From Thermoplasmata archaeon (lineage in GTDB: Archaea; Thermoplasmatota; Thermoplasmata; Lutacidiplasmatales; UBA184): a DNA stretch of 64,000 nt. Both the position numbers and the translations under genes were made by a program. The stretch spans positions 63,822 to 127,821 of the forward strand of contig DATGZO010000012.1 in assembly GCA_035297105.1 (NCBI GenBank). The letters run 5' to 3'. Below, piece by piece: positions 1 to 9,061 of the stretch (position 1 is the stretch's first letter; every line of letters begins with the position of its first letter). The notes beneath the pieces were generated by a model. It searched no databases, was not told the origin of the DNA, and was given only the letters and a program-made list of their open reading frames with translations.

Positions 1-2
1 AT

Positions 3-33
3 CGTCAGACAAAGATGGGGGTCTTGTCTGACG
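3..33. promoter_or_regulatory. Perfect 10-bp inverted repeat (CGTCAGACAA N11 TTGTCTGACG) immediately upstream of the RHH gene; candidate operator
   Basis: Read directly: bases 3-12 are the reverse complement of 24-33. It ends 4 bp before the ATG at 37. RHH/CopG regulators typically bind such repeats in their own promoters. Confidence 0.5.
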
Positions 34-36
34 AGC

Positions 37-399
37 ATGGTCGACACGTCCGAACGAGTGACCGTGAGAATCCCGCAGGAGCTCATCGAGAAGCTCAAGC
101 AGATCCAAGAGGTCAAGGGCTCGCCTACGATCTCCGACACGATCCGCGAAGGACTCGAACAGTACATCGAGTTCCATCTCCCGCCGCAGAACGTCCGCAA
201 GGTGGTGGTGGAGCTCTCGCGCCAGGACAACAGCCGGCTCGAGGCGTTCGTGCGCGAGGGCAACTCCGTGAGTGTCGACGACGCCGTCCGTTCGGCGGTC
301 CGGGAGTACATCCGCGGTCGTCTCGAGCAGTTCGGCGCGACCCGTCCGCACCGGCGCGACGGGGAGGCGCTCGCTGCGGAGGGCTCCCCTCCGCCCTAG
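37..399 (+). CDS. Ribbon-helix-helix (CopG/MetJ-like) DNA-binding protein with two tandem RHH modules
   Basis: N-terminal 'VTVRIPQELIEKLKQI...ISDTIREGLEQYI' and second 'VVVELSRQDNSRLEAFV...DDAVRSAVREYI' both fit the beta-strand/helix/helix RHH pattern. Sits upstream of the FtsZ-like gene (cdrS-ftsZ2-like arrangement). Confidence 0.6.
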   Translation: MVDTSERVTVRIPQELIEKLKQIQEVKGSPTISDTIREGLEQYIEFHLPPQNVRKVVVELSRQDNSRLEAFVREGNSVSVDDAVRSAVREYIRGRLEQFGATRPHRRDGEALAAEGSPPP

Positions 400-415
400 A
401 GGGCATCGGGAGCCG

Positions 416-1444
416 ATGAAGGACGATTCGTCCGTTGCAGCGTGGGCGGCGCTCGCCGCCACGCCGTCGGTCGCCGTGGTGGGCTTGGGCGGGGCCGGAG
501 GAGAAGCGGTCCACGACCTCCTCAGCCTCGGGATCCCGGGCGTTCACGCCCTCGCCGTCAACACCGACGCAAAACACCTCATGGGCACCGGGGTTGAGGA
601 GAAGATCCTCCTCGGACAGCGGGAACTTAAGGGCCGGGGGAGCGGAGGCGATCGGGCGGTCGTCTTGCGGGCCGCCGAGGACGGGAAGGAAGAGCTTCTC
701 CGCCGGCTGCGACCGTTCGAGATCGTCTTCCTCCTCGCCGGACTCGGTGGGGGAACGGGAAGCGCCCTCCTGCCGTTCCTCTCTCGGGAGCTGAGGGAAA
801 CGGAGACGCTCGCCATTCCCGTGGTCTTCCTCCCGTTCCACGTGGAGCTCGACTCGAACTCGGGCCGCCGCGAGAACGTCGAGGCGACCGTGGACGACCT
901 GGAGGCGATGGGAGGGCTCCTGGTCGCGCTCGCCAACGAGAAGCTCCGTCGGTTCCAGTCGCTCCCCATCCACCGGGTCTTCCAGGTCCGGAACGCCTAC
1001 CTCCACTCGCTCGTGACGAGCCTGGTCGACATGGTCGAGAACCCCTCGCAGATCTCCGTCGACCTCTCCAGCCTCAAGAACCACCTCCGCTCCTCGGGTC
1101 TCTCCACGCTCATCGTCGGCGAGTACCACATCTCCGAACCCGAACGGGTCGTGCATGCGGCGTTGAGCGAGAGCCTGCTCGATTTCCACCTGTCGCCGCG
1201 CGCGTCGGCCCTGATCCACCTGGACGGAGGCTCGAACATGACCCTCGGCACCCTCGACCAGGTGCTCTACGCCGTGCGTCAGCGCTTGGGTGAACCCGAG
1301 CAGCTCGTCTTCGGCACCCGCGTCCACCCGGAACCCCGGGAGGTCGTGCGCATGACCGCGGTCTTGGGGGGGCTCAAGCCCCGGACGGTGCGCGATGCCC
1401 TGACGTCTCGCCCGAAGGGCCCGACTCCGCTCCTCGCCCGGTAG
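416..1444 (+). CDS. Divergent FtsZ/tubulin-family GTPase (FtsZ-like or CetZ-like)
   Basis: Gly-rich nucleotide loop 'VVGLGGAGGEAV', 'AVNTDAKHL' (FtsZ NTDAQAL), tubulin signature 'GLGGGTGSA', T7-like 'ISVDLSSLKNHL'. The ATG at 416 follows the RHH gene closely. Confidence 0.65.
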   Translation: MKDDSSVAAWAALAATPSVAVVGLGGAGGEAVHDLLSLGIPGVHALAVNTDAKHLMGTGVEEKILLGQRELKGRGSGGDRAVVLRAAEDGKEELLRRLRPFEIVFLLAGLGGGTGSALLPFLSRELRETETLAIPVVFLPFHVELDSNSGRRENVEATVDDLEAMGGLLVALANEKLRRFQSLPIHRVFQVRNAYLHSLVTSLVDMVENPSQISVDLSSLKNHLRSSGLSTLIVGEYHISEPERVVHAALSESLLDFHLSPRASALIHLDGGSNMTLGTLDQVLYAVRQRLGEPEQLVFGTRVHPEPREVVRMTAVLGGLKPRTVRDALTSRPKGPTPLLAR

Positions 1445-2063
1445 CCGCCGCCCCCGCGACGCCGGGAGGCACCCGACGGTCGAGCTCCGAGTGGACGAGA
1501 TCGATGACCTGGGAGCTTCGAAGGCTCCGGGGCCCCACCGAGAGCTGAGGGACTCCCGATGCCCGAAGTCGGGTCGCCTCGTCGTCGGTCGGGTCGAAGG
1601 GGTCGGAGAGGACGGCCGCGATCCCTTCCCCCGACGGGGTCCAAGAGCCGATCGGGGAACCGTCCTCGGTCATCCAGACCGCTCCGGGAAGGGCCAAGAA
1701 CTCCGCGAGCGCCACCACGGGGTCGACCGCGCCGATCCGGAGGCCGGGAGAGGACTCGAAATCGCCCGGGAACGCGACCGACCGCACGAGGGCGTTCTTG
1801 AGCAACGCCGCGGTCGAGCGTTCATCCGGGTTGAGGTAACGGACCCGGGCGCCCACGATGTCGATCCGTCGGGCGGCCGGGGGCGGCTCCGCCACGAACA
1901 GGATGGAGAACTCGGTGTCGCGGCGCAGGTCGTTCGAGAGGGTGAAGGCGGTCGAGACGGCCCGGGCGACCTCGTCCATCCGGCCGGCGCCGCCGGCGAG
2001 GTCGTTGAGGGTGAACGCCCCGCTCGGAGGGACCTTGTGGGCGAGCAGCAGGAAGCGACGCAC
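1374..2063 (-). CDS. trmY: tRNA (pseudouridine54-N1)-methyltransferase TrmY (SPOUT, COG1901)
   Basis: 'FTLNDLAGGAGRMDEVARAVSTAFTLSNDLR' closely matches the TrmY motif ([30 protein letters not shown] in M. jannaschii). GTG start at 2063. The 3' end overlaps the FtsZ-like gene by about 70 bp convergently. Confidence 0.65.
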   Translation of the reverse strand: MRRFLLLAHKVPPSGAFTLNDLAGGAGRMDEVARAVSTAFTLSNDLRRDTEFSILFVAEPPPAARRIDIVGARVRYLNPDERSTAALLKNALVRSVAFPGDFESSPGLRIGAVDPVVALAEFLALPGAVWMTEDGSPIGSWTPSGEGIAAVLSDPFDPTDDEATRLRASGVPQLSVGPRSLRSSQVIDLVHSELDRRVPPGVAGAAATGRGAESGPSGETSGHRAPSGA

Positions 2064-2109
2064 GAAGGGGTCTCAGGCCGGGGACCCCTAAAGCTCTCGG
2101 ACGGACGGA

Positions 2110-2778
2110 CTACGGGGCGCGGGGAGAGTGCCGACGGACCTTCGGAACGAGGGACGTCTCGGGCGCCGGCATCGGGTTCTGCTTGCGCTCGAGCCAGATC
2201 TCGTCCCCCAGCTCGTGGTAGACCGCGTGGGCGGCGAGACCGGTGCCACGCTCTCCGTGGGGGAGCAGGAAGCCTCCCGACCGATTGGCGTTCGAGGAGT
2301 AGACGACCTCCGCTTCGCCGGCCGCGGCCATCGCCTCGGACTCTTCCCGGGCGAGGTCGAAGATGCGGTCCTTGCGGAACATCCAGTAGTGGATGCGCCA
2401 CTCGCGACCGTCGTAGAGGGTCGTCTCGTCCCGCTCGGTCTCGAGGATGCCCGTATCCTCGAGCATGTAGAAGGTGTCTCGGTCGTCGGGCTCGAGGACG
2501 TTGTCGATGATCCGCTGGTTGAACCCAAAGAAGTTCAACACGTGGGCGGCGATCGAGCGGGCGTCCTCGGGACGCATCCCCTCGTGGCCGACCGACCGGC
2601 GGATGGCCTTGGCCAAGGAATCGAAATCCACCGGGCCGTTGACATCCTGCAGCACGGCATCGGTAGGGATCCCCGAACGGGTGGTCGTGACGTCGGCGGC
2701 TGTACGCAGGGGAAGCGGGTTCCGCAGCACGTAGGGCTTACCCACGTTCTTCGTGTTTGGGGTGGCCCCTGCGCGCAT
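2110..2778 (-). CDS. Hypothetical protein (conserved-looking, function unknown)
   Basis: Long ORF with coding-like GC3 bias and no recognisable motifs. Start is uncertain (N-terminal ~30 aa may not be translated). Confidence 0.4.
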   Translation of the reverse strand: MRAGATPNTKNVGKPYVLRNPLPLRTAADVTTTRSGIPTDAVLQDVNGPVDFDSLAKAIRRSVGHEGMRPEDARSIAAHVLNFFGFNQRIIDNVLEPDDRDTFYMLEDTGILETERDETTLYDGREWRIHYWMFRKDRIFDLAREESEAMAAAGEAEVVYSSNANRSGGFLLPHGERGTGLAAHAVYHELGDEIWLERKQNPMPAPETSLVPKVRRHSPRAP

Positions 2779-2864
2779 ACACGATTCAATTCGGACCTAT
2801 TCTATAAATAACTTCGGAAATCCGCCGAACCTTCCGTGGTTATCCTGCATGGCAAGAAGCCCCA

Positions 2865-3443
2865 TCACGGACCGCTCCGGCGGGGTCGGACGACCCGTTG
2901 GAGGGCCCGGACCGCGGGTCGCCAATCCGCCTCGATCTCGTCCTCGAGGTCAGAGAGCCCGGCGATCCCCTCGGGGAACGGGTAGAGCGACCGGGTGAGG
3001 TAGACGTGGGCGAACGCAGCGTTCGACGGCTGGGTCCAGCCTCGGTCGGCCTCGATGACCGAGTGGTACTCGTAGTATTCGGGGGCCGGGACCAACCAGA
3101 CGAGACCGTCGTCCGTGCCCCGGCCGGCGCGGGGGCCCCGCTCGACCACCCTCAGCCCCAGATAATCGATAAGAGCGGTCGGGAGGGCGAAGACGTGACG
3201 GTCCCCCGGACGGGCCGTGGCGACCAGACGGCTGCGAACCGTCTCGACCGCGAGCACCTCCCGCGCGGGATGGGTCGCGACCACCCGGGCGATCCGGGGG
3301 CCCCGGGCCAGGAAGGAGATGCTCCGACTCGTATCTCGGTGGGTCCCCTCCTCGGGTCGGTACCCGATCAGCTGGGCGACCTCCCTCGGGAGCTGGAGGC
3401 TCAGCCAGGACGGGTGCGACGCCCAGACGACGACGTACTCCAT
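2865..3443 (-). CDS. Hypothetical protein
   Basis: 192-aa ORF on the same strand as, and adjacent to, the previous hypothetical. No motif recognised. Confidence 0.4.
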   Translation of the reverse strand: MEYVVVWASHPSWLSLQLPREVAQLIGYRPEEGTHRDTSRSISFLARGPRIARVVATHPAREVLAVETVRSRLVATARPGDRHVFALPTALIDYLGLRVVERGPRAGRGTDDGLVWLVPAPEYYEYHSVIEADRGWTQPSNAAFAHVYLTRSLYPFPEGIAGLSDLEDEIEADWRPAVRALQRVVRPRRSGP

Positions 3444-3504
3444 CGCTCGGGGAGTTGGAGGGAGCCGTCGATATAAGAAATCTGGTACGACCTCGGGGCA
3501 CCGT

Positions 3505-4155
3505 TCACGCTCGGGGGGCGAGCGCGAGCACGGCGTCTACGACCGTCCCGAAGTCGGTCGCCCGGAGCACGAGGTCCGCCGCCCGCTCGACCTCGGGAAG
3601 GCGCGAGTTGAGCGCGACCCCGCGGCCGACCGTGGCAAACACGGCCGCGTCGGCCCTTCCGTCCCCCACGTGGACCACCGAAGAGGGCTCGGCGCCGAGG
3701 CGCTGGGTGAGGTATCGGAGCCCTCCGGCCTTGTCGGTCCGGATCCCCGCGGCTCGTCCGATCACGTCCCCGACCGGCTGGCGGCCAACCAGTCCCGCGG
3801 CATCCTCGAACCCCCCGAACCGACAGTACCAGTCGGCGACGTAGCGAGGGTTGTGGGTCAACAGCGCGACGTGGATCCCCTGGGAACGTAAGCGGGCGAC
3901 GCCTTCCGGAATGTGGGCTATCTTCGGGGTGGCCGCGAGGACCTCCTCCACTTCCGCGAGCGAGCGTCCCTCGGCGAACTCGAGCAGTCCCTCGATGTTC
4001 ACGTCCTCGCTGATCTCCCCCGCCCGGAAGCGGCGGAGGAGGGCGTGATAGTCCGCCTCCCGGTCGAACCGGCGAGCGATCTCGAGCCACCCGTGGGTGG
4101 TGGTGAGCGTGCCGTCGATGTCGACGGTGACGAGGCGCCAGGGGGAGGTCGCCAT
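3505..4155 (-). CDS. HAD-superfamily hydrolase (HAD-IB, phosphoserine-phosphatase-like)
   Basis: Motif I 'VTVDIDGTLT' (DxDGT), motif IV 'VGDGRADAA', with conserved Thr/Lys positions. Confidence 0.7.
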   Translation of the reverse strand: MATSPWRLVTVDIDGTLTTTHGWLEIARRFDREADYHALLRRFRAGEISEDVNIEGLLEFAEGRSLAEVEEVLAATPKIAHIPEGVARLRSQGIHVALLTHNPRYVADWYCRFGGFEDAAGLVGRQPVGDVIGRAAGIRTDKAGGLRYLTQRLGAEPSSVVHVGDGRADAAVFATVGRGVALNSRLPEVERAADLVLRATDFGTVVDAVLALAPRA

Positions 4156-4162
4156 CGGCGGA

Positions 4163-4393
4163 CTACGAACGGCTCCCGATCCCCATCAGGATCCCCCCGA
4201 CCCAGAGGACGGTCATCCCGGCCGCGGCGATCGGCAGGAGCCGGTCGAACTGCCCGGGGTCCGTCGGGAGCAGGATCGAGAGGAGCAGCAGCCCGAAGAA
4301 CGTGAGGAAGAGGCCGAGCACGATGCGGGCCGACCGGGAGAGTCGGCGCCGTCGGGGAGCCGGGGTCGGCGGGGAAGTGGGGACCGCGGCCAT
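4163..4393 (-). CDS. Small membrane protein (two predicted TM helices)
   Basis: C-terminal part of a long GC-frame ORF. 'RIVLGLFLTFFGLLLLSILLPTD...AAAGMTVLWVGGILMGIGS' is strongly hydrophobic. Start at the internal Met is uncertain. Confidence 0.3.
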   Translation of the reverse strand: MAAVPTSPPTPAPRRRRLSRSARIVLGLFLTFFGLLLLSILLPTDPGQFDRLLPIAAAGMTVLWVGGILMGIGSRS

Positions 4394-4440
4394 CCAGCGA
4401 GGCCACCGGATGCGGCAGATAACCGTACCGGCAGTGGGCT

Positions 4441-5766
4441 CTATACGATGGGGCGCTCGTCCCTCGGCGCGTTCGCGGGGAGGGGGATCGAACTCCCGAC
4501 CGGGGGCTGCCGGCCCGGCTCCTCGCGTTCTCGTCGGGTGGGCGTGATGGCCCGGATGAACCCTTTCGCACCGATCGGGGAGACGAGGGTGGTGACGAGC
4601 CCGACCCCCGCGACGATCGTGTAGATCTGGATGGTGAAGATGTGAATGTCGAGAAGGATCACGGCCATCGCGAGCTCGACGGCGCCGCGGCTCGTCAAGA
4701 GCCACCCCGCGGCCATCGACTCCTGGGGGGACCAACCCAGGGTCCGGGTGACGGCGGAGCCGATGAGGATCTTCGAGATCAGGGCGAAGCACACGAGGAG
4801 GGCGAACACGATGACGTTCGTGGGATCGGTGAGGATCTGGGGGAAGTTCATCCCGAAGCCGACCAGGGCAAAGAAGAGCGGGATGAAGAATCCCCACGTC
4901 ACGGCTTCGAAGACGGCGCTGATCGTTCGATGTTCCCGCGTCCCGGCGCTTTCTGGCGTGATCAACATCCCGGCGTAGAAGGCCCCTACCAGGAACGTGA
5001 GTCCCAGGAACTGGGAGTAGAGGGCCGCACCGAGGCCGATCACCATCAGGAGCGCGAACCCGGCCTCCCGGGACCGCCACGTCCGCCGGAACCGTTGGAC
5101 GATCCGGTCCCAGATCCGGAGCTGCCGGAGCGCACGTAATCCCATGTGGATGGCGAGGATCGTGGTCAGGAACAGTCCCACGGTGACGCACGCGGTCGCG
5201 ATCGCGAGCAGGGGCGCCTCCCCGCTTGAGGTCACCGCGAGCAGGATGGCGAAGGCGGTCACGGCGGTCAGCTCGTTGATCACCGACGCATTGAGCAGGA
5301 ACGTGCCGAAGCGGGTGTGCATGAGGCCGAATTCCCGGAGCATGATGGCCAGCACCGGGAGCGCGGTGAGGGAGATCGTGAGAGCGATGAACAGCGAAGT
5401 GGTGGCCGGTTCCGTGGGCAGGAGGAGGCGGACGATCCCCGCCCCCGCGATGAACGGAACGAGGAAGATGGAGACCCCGAGGAGCGCTGAGGAGGGGCCG
5501 GTGGCCCAGACCGACTCGGGGCTCACCGAGAGGCCCGCCATGAGGAGGATGAAGAACGTCGCGAGGGTGAGCAGCGGCGAGAAGGAGCTCGCGACGCTGG
5601 TCAGCCCGAGGTAGGGGGCGAGCAGGCTCGGGCCGAGGACCACCCCCACGATGAGCTGGCCGACGAGGGCCACGCTCCCCAGTCGGCTGAACACCTCGCC
5701 GACGATGACGGAGCAGGTGACGAGAAGGAAGAGGCCGATGATGAACTCGGTCGTCGCGTCAACCAT
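4441..5766 (-). CDS. Monovalent cation:proton antiporter (CPA family, Na+/H+ exchanger-like)
   Basis: About 12 hydrophobic helices; Gly-rich transmembrane core typical of CPA1/CPA2 exchangers. Confidence 0.65.
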   Translation of the reverse strand: MVDATTEFIIGLFLLVTCSVIVGEVFSRLGSVALVGQLIVGVVLGPSLLAPYLGLTSVASSFSPLLTLATFFILLMAGLSVSPESVWATGPSSALLGVSIFLVPFIAGAGIVRLLLPTEPATTSLFIALTISLTALPVLAIMLREFGLMHTRFGTFLLNASVINELTAVTAFAILLAVTSSGEAPLLAIATACVTVGLFLTTILAIHMGLRALRQLRIWDRIVQRFRRTWRSREAGFALLMVIGLGAALYSQFLGLTFLVGAFYAGMLITPESAGTREHRTISAVFEAVTWGFFIPLFFALVGFGMNFPQILTDPTNVIVFALLVCFALISKILIGSAVTRTLGWSPQESMAAGWLLTSRGAVELAMAVILLDIHIFTIQIYTIVAGVGLVTTLVSPIGAKGFIRAITPTRREREEPGRQPPVGSSIPLPANAPRDERPIV

Positions 5767-5871
5767 GTCTCAGCGAACCTCGCTCGGTCGGGTAGAGGGT
5801 CGCCCCGCGCGGGAGGCCGGTTCGAGCGGGGAACCCATGAGTTTCACGTTCCGCCGGGGTGCCGGCTCGGT

Positions 5872-6456
5872 ATGCTAGCAGAACTTGCGTATATACAGAC
5901 CGACATTCGAGGCGGTGTGCACCCCGATAACGGTCCACGTCCCGCCCATCCCCGCCCCGAGGACGACCCGTGGGCGGTCGCCGAGCGGCGCAGCCGGGCC
6001 GTCGAGGAGCCGCTCGACGTCCGCCTGGAGCGGCTTGACCCATTCCCGATCCTGGAGGTGCGGAACCCCCTCCATCGCACCGCGTACCGGGTGATGCTGC
6101 CGGCGTTCCCGGATCGGTCGGTCGCCCTCTGCACCTGCACCGACTTCGCGCGTCGCGGCCTCGGCACGTGCAAGCACATCGAGGCGGCGGGACGGTGGAG
6201 GGAGCGGCATCCCGACACCCCGCCCCGCTTCCCGCCCCGTCCGTTCGACCCGGCGGCCGTCTGGGCCGAGGTCGACCGGCGGCTCGCGGTGCTGGATCCG
6301 GACGCGCGACCCGCCAGCCGCACCTGGCGAGCGCCTGGCGCGGTCCTGTTCGAACGGGCCCCCGGTCCGTGGGTGGAGCGGGAAGAAGGAAAGGAAGAGG
6401 TTCGCCGCGGAGCGCCCCGACGGTCTACGCCGAGGACATCCCGGGGGCGCCCTTGA
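5872..6456 (+). CDS. SWIM zinc-finger domain protein
   Basis: 'CTCTDFARRGLGTCKHIEAA' fits the SWIM CxCxnCxH signature. Start is uncertain. The 3' end overlaps the radical-SAM gene convergently by ~30 bp. Confidence 0.4.
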   Translation: MLAELAYIQTDIRGGVHPDNGPRPAHPRPEDDPWAVAERRSRAVEEPLDVRLERLDPFPILEVRNPLHRTAYRVMLPAFPDRSVALCTCTDFARRGLGTCKHIEAAGRWRERHPDTPPRFPPRPFDPAAVWAEVDRRLAVLDPDARPASRTWRAPGAVLFERAPGPWVEREEGKEEVRRGAPRRSTPRTSRGRP

Positions 6457-8137
6457 GCGCCCGCACCCGGTAGTACTCGGGGTCGACGATGACTTCGCCG
6501 TTGACACCCATCGTCTCGAGGGTCCTCAACTGGGCGCCGCCGGCCTTCTTGGCCGCCTGCCAATCGGGGATCGGGATCGAGAACTTCTTCTCGACCTCTG
6601 TCCGGTAGATCGGGCCCGAGTTGTACGAGCAGAACGGGATGATCCGCCCGTCGGGAACGGCGTAGTGGATGTCGCAGCGCATCAGGCGCTGGATATCGTA
6701 GTCGTAGGCGTCCTGGAAGTGCATGTTCCCGATGTAGAGAGTGCGCCAGGTGAACTTCGCGACCGCTTCCTTGTTCCCCTCGGTGAAGATCGAGGCGATC
6801 ATGCGGACGCAGTTCTTCTCCGTGACCCCGTCGGGCGCCTTCGTGAAGTCGAAGTACTTCGACACATCGTGGAGCAGCTTCGCGCCGGCGACCGCCGTCC
6901 GGACCCGCGAGAAGCGGGCGTCCCGGTACTTCTCGATCATCGTCTCGACGTTCTCGAAGAACCCGTCGACGTCCATGAACCGGGGGAGCGGCGTGATCTT
7001 CTGCCCGTCCTTCGAGACGAAGGCGAAGGTCGCGCACCCGCATCCGGGGTGGGTCGTGAGGGTCATCTTCTCCTCGCCGTGGATGATCGAGGCGAGCTCC
7101 GAGATCGGGGCGACCGACGGCACGGGGAAGAAGTCCGACTTCTCGAACGGTCCCTCCGTGCAGAGGATCCGGACCAGGTCCGACTGGGTGAACCGCATCT
7201 GGAAGCGGTCCTTGTCGGGAATCCGGGCCGTGAGCGCGACCGGCTGGAAGTTGACGCCGCGGACGACGTCGATGTTGTCGATCGCGAACTTGACCGTCGG
7301 CCAGATCTCCTTCTCGTTGAACCCGCCGACCAGCGTCGGGACGAGCACGATGGAGAGGGGCTTGTCGGGCTTTCCGGCCGCGAGGTCGGAGGCCGGCGAG
7401 TGGGTCTCCCGGGCCGCCTGGATGGCCTTCTGCTTCACCTTGAGCAGGGGCACGCCGCGGACCTTCCGGTAGATTTCGTCATCCAGCCCGTCGAACTGTA
7501 GGTAGAGGGTGTGGAGCCCGTTGTCCCGGCACGCCTGGGCGAAGCCGGGCTCGTTGGCGACCCGAATCCCGTTGGTGGCGACCTGGACCTGCTTGAAGCC
7601 GAGGTCGCGGGCCATCCCGACCGCATCCAAGAAGAGCGGCGAGAGCGTCGGTTCCCCGCCCGAGAACTGGACGGCGACCGTGCCCACGGGCTTCTGCTCC
7701 CTGAGGGTCTTCAGCATGAAGTGGATCTGCTCGCGGGTCGGCTCGAAGACGTAGCCCGCGGCGTTCGCGTTCGCGAAGCAGACCGGGCACTTCAGGTTGC
7801 ACCGGTTCGTGAGGTCGATCAGGGCGAGTCCCGTGTGGGACTTGTGGTGGCTGCACATCCCGCAGGTGGTCGGGCAGCCGCGGAACTTGTCGTAGTAGGG
7901 GTTCTCGTAGCCGACCCCGTCGTGGGCGTAGACCTCCATCCGGAGGTAGAAATCGACATCGTTCGATATGATGTCCCAGAAGTAGCCGTGCGTTCGGCAC
8001 GTCTTCTCCATGATCACGCGGTGGTCCTTCTCCCGGACGACCGCGGGAATGACCTTGATGCACTCGGGGCAGACTGACGCCGTCTTACGGGGCAGTCCAC
8101 GGGGGGCTTGGAACTCCTTCATCACACGCGCCGGCAT
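6425..8137 (-). CDS. Radical SAM enzyme with N-terminal Cys4 zinc ribbon (COG1964-type; possibly tetraether-lipid-synthase Tes/GDGT-MAS-like)
   Basis: 'CNLKCPVCFANA' CxxxCxxC radical-SAM cluster motif and 'FSGGEPT' SAM-binding motif. N-terminal 'CPECIKV...KTCRTHG'. Length 570 aa is typical of archaeal Tes-family proteins. The Tes assignment is inferred, not proven. Confidence 0.6.
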   Translation of the reverse strand: MPARVMKEFQAPRGLPRKTASVCPECIKVIPAVVREKDHRVIMEKTCRTHGYFWDIISNDVDFYLRMEVYAHDGVGYENPYYDKFRGCPTTCGMCSHHKSHTGLALIDLTNRCNLKCPVCFANANAAGYVFEPTREQIHFMLKTLREQKPVGTVAVQFSGGEPTLSPLFLDAVGMARDLGFKQVQVATNGIRVANEPGFAQACRDNGLHTLYLQFDGLDDEIYRKVRGVPLLKVKQKAIQAARETHSPASDLAAGKPDKPLSIVLVPTLVGGFNEKEIWPTVKFAIDNIDVVRGVNFQPVALTARIPDKDRFQMRFTQSDLVRILCTEGPFEKSDFFPVPSVAPISELASIIHGEEKMTLTTHPGCGCATFAFVSKDGQKITPLPRFMDVDGFFENVETMIEKYRDARFSRVRTAVAGAKLLHDVSKYFDFTKAPDGVTEKNCVRMIASIFTEGNKEAVAKFTWRTLYIGNMHFQDAYDYDIQRLMRCDIHYAVPDGRIIPFCSYNSGPIYRTEVEKKFSIPIPDWQAAKKAGGAQLRTLETMGVNGEVIVDPEYYRVRALKGAPGMSSA

Positions 8138-8408
8138 TCTCGTTTCCTCAGTTTGAGCCCGTTCCGATGGGTCTGAGCTCAGACGGGCCAGCCACTTGGG
8201 CTTACTTAATCAGATTGTCGTGCAAGTGGCTACAAAAGCCCTATCCCGTGACGGGGACTGACATGGTCTAAATCGCTACAAACCTCCCGGCATTGGGCAT
8301 TCCATCACCTCGAGGGATGCAATTTGGCCAAGGTGCGGGTCGGGCCGAGCCTCGCCCGCGGAACCGACTCCGACAACTTATCGCTCGCGGCGGCTGCGGA
8401 CCCTCGTC

Positions 8409-8951
8409 ATGCCTACGCAGAAGAAGAAGCGCGCCCCGGTCCGGGCCCAGCGGCGCCCCCGGAAGGGAGGCTTTGTCGGACGGGACGCATCCCCTGTTCT
8501 AGACAAGTACCCGGCCAAGGACCCCTCGCTGAGCCCCCGGGGTCCCCCCCGGGTCACGGAGGTCCCGGCTCCGGCCCAGACGTCTCCAATGGTTCCTGCC
8601 GCTTCGCCGTCCGCGCCCGCCTCCGCGACAACGGCAGCTCCGATCCCCCTGATCACCTTGGAACGGCCGTTCGACGTGGACGAGTTCTCCGGTATGCTGG
8701 GCGAGACCTCCCTGCGGGTGACGGTGCCGCGGGAGGATCTTCCGGAGGTGCTGAGGCGGGTCGTCGAGTTCATGGGATTCGGGATCTACGTGTACTCGAT
8801 CTCGGTCCGCCCGGCCGCCTCCGACCTGCTGAAGTCGTTCGTGGTCGAGTTGCATCGGGTCGACTTCTCCGCCCCGAAGGGAGATTGGATCCCGTTCGTG
8901 GAGAAGGGCGCCTCGGACTCCCCGTTCGGCCCTTCGGGGACCCGAACGTAG
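8409..8951 (+). CDS. Hypothetical protein with basic N-terminus and Pro/Ala-rich linker
   Basis: ORF with coding GC3 bias. C-terminal region 'FGIYVYSISVRP...FVVELHRVDFS' looks globular. Confidence 0.35.
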   Translation: MPTQKKKRAPVRAQRRPRKGGFVGRDASPVLDKYPAKDPSLSPRGPPRVTEVPAPAQTSPMVPAASPSAPASATTAAPIPLITLERPFDVDEFSGMLGETSLRVTVPREDLPEVLRRVVEFMGFGIYVYSISVRPAASDLLKSFVVELHRVDFSAPKGDWIPFVEKGASDSPFGPSGTRT

Positions 8952-9061
8952 CGGACACGAGTTCCGTGAGACCTCCTCACTTCACGCCACGCCGGGCGTC
9001 CAGCTCCGCGGCGCGCACCTAATCAAGGCCGCCGCCCTCAGTCGGCCGGAGAGGGTCACTC

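Noticed and set aside
125-1327. 400-aa minus-strand ORF overlapping the RHH and FtsZ-like genes
   Set aside because: Low-complexity Arg/Gly/Pro-rich translation typical of a GC-rich alternative frame. It fully overlaps two genes with clear family signatures.
4163-5191. 342-aa minus-strand ORF overlapping the antiporter gene
   Set aside because: Arg/Pro-rich artefact frame. Only its C-terminal hydrophobic 77 aa (4163-4393) lie outside the antiporter and were kept as a low-confidence small membrane ORF.
5844-7043. 399-aa minus-strand ORF overlapping the SWIM and radical-SAM genes
   Set aside because: Arg-rich low-complexity sequence in an alternative frame of the radical-SAM gene.
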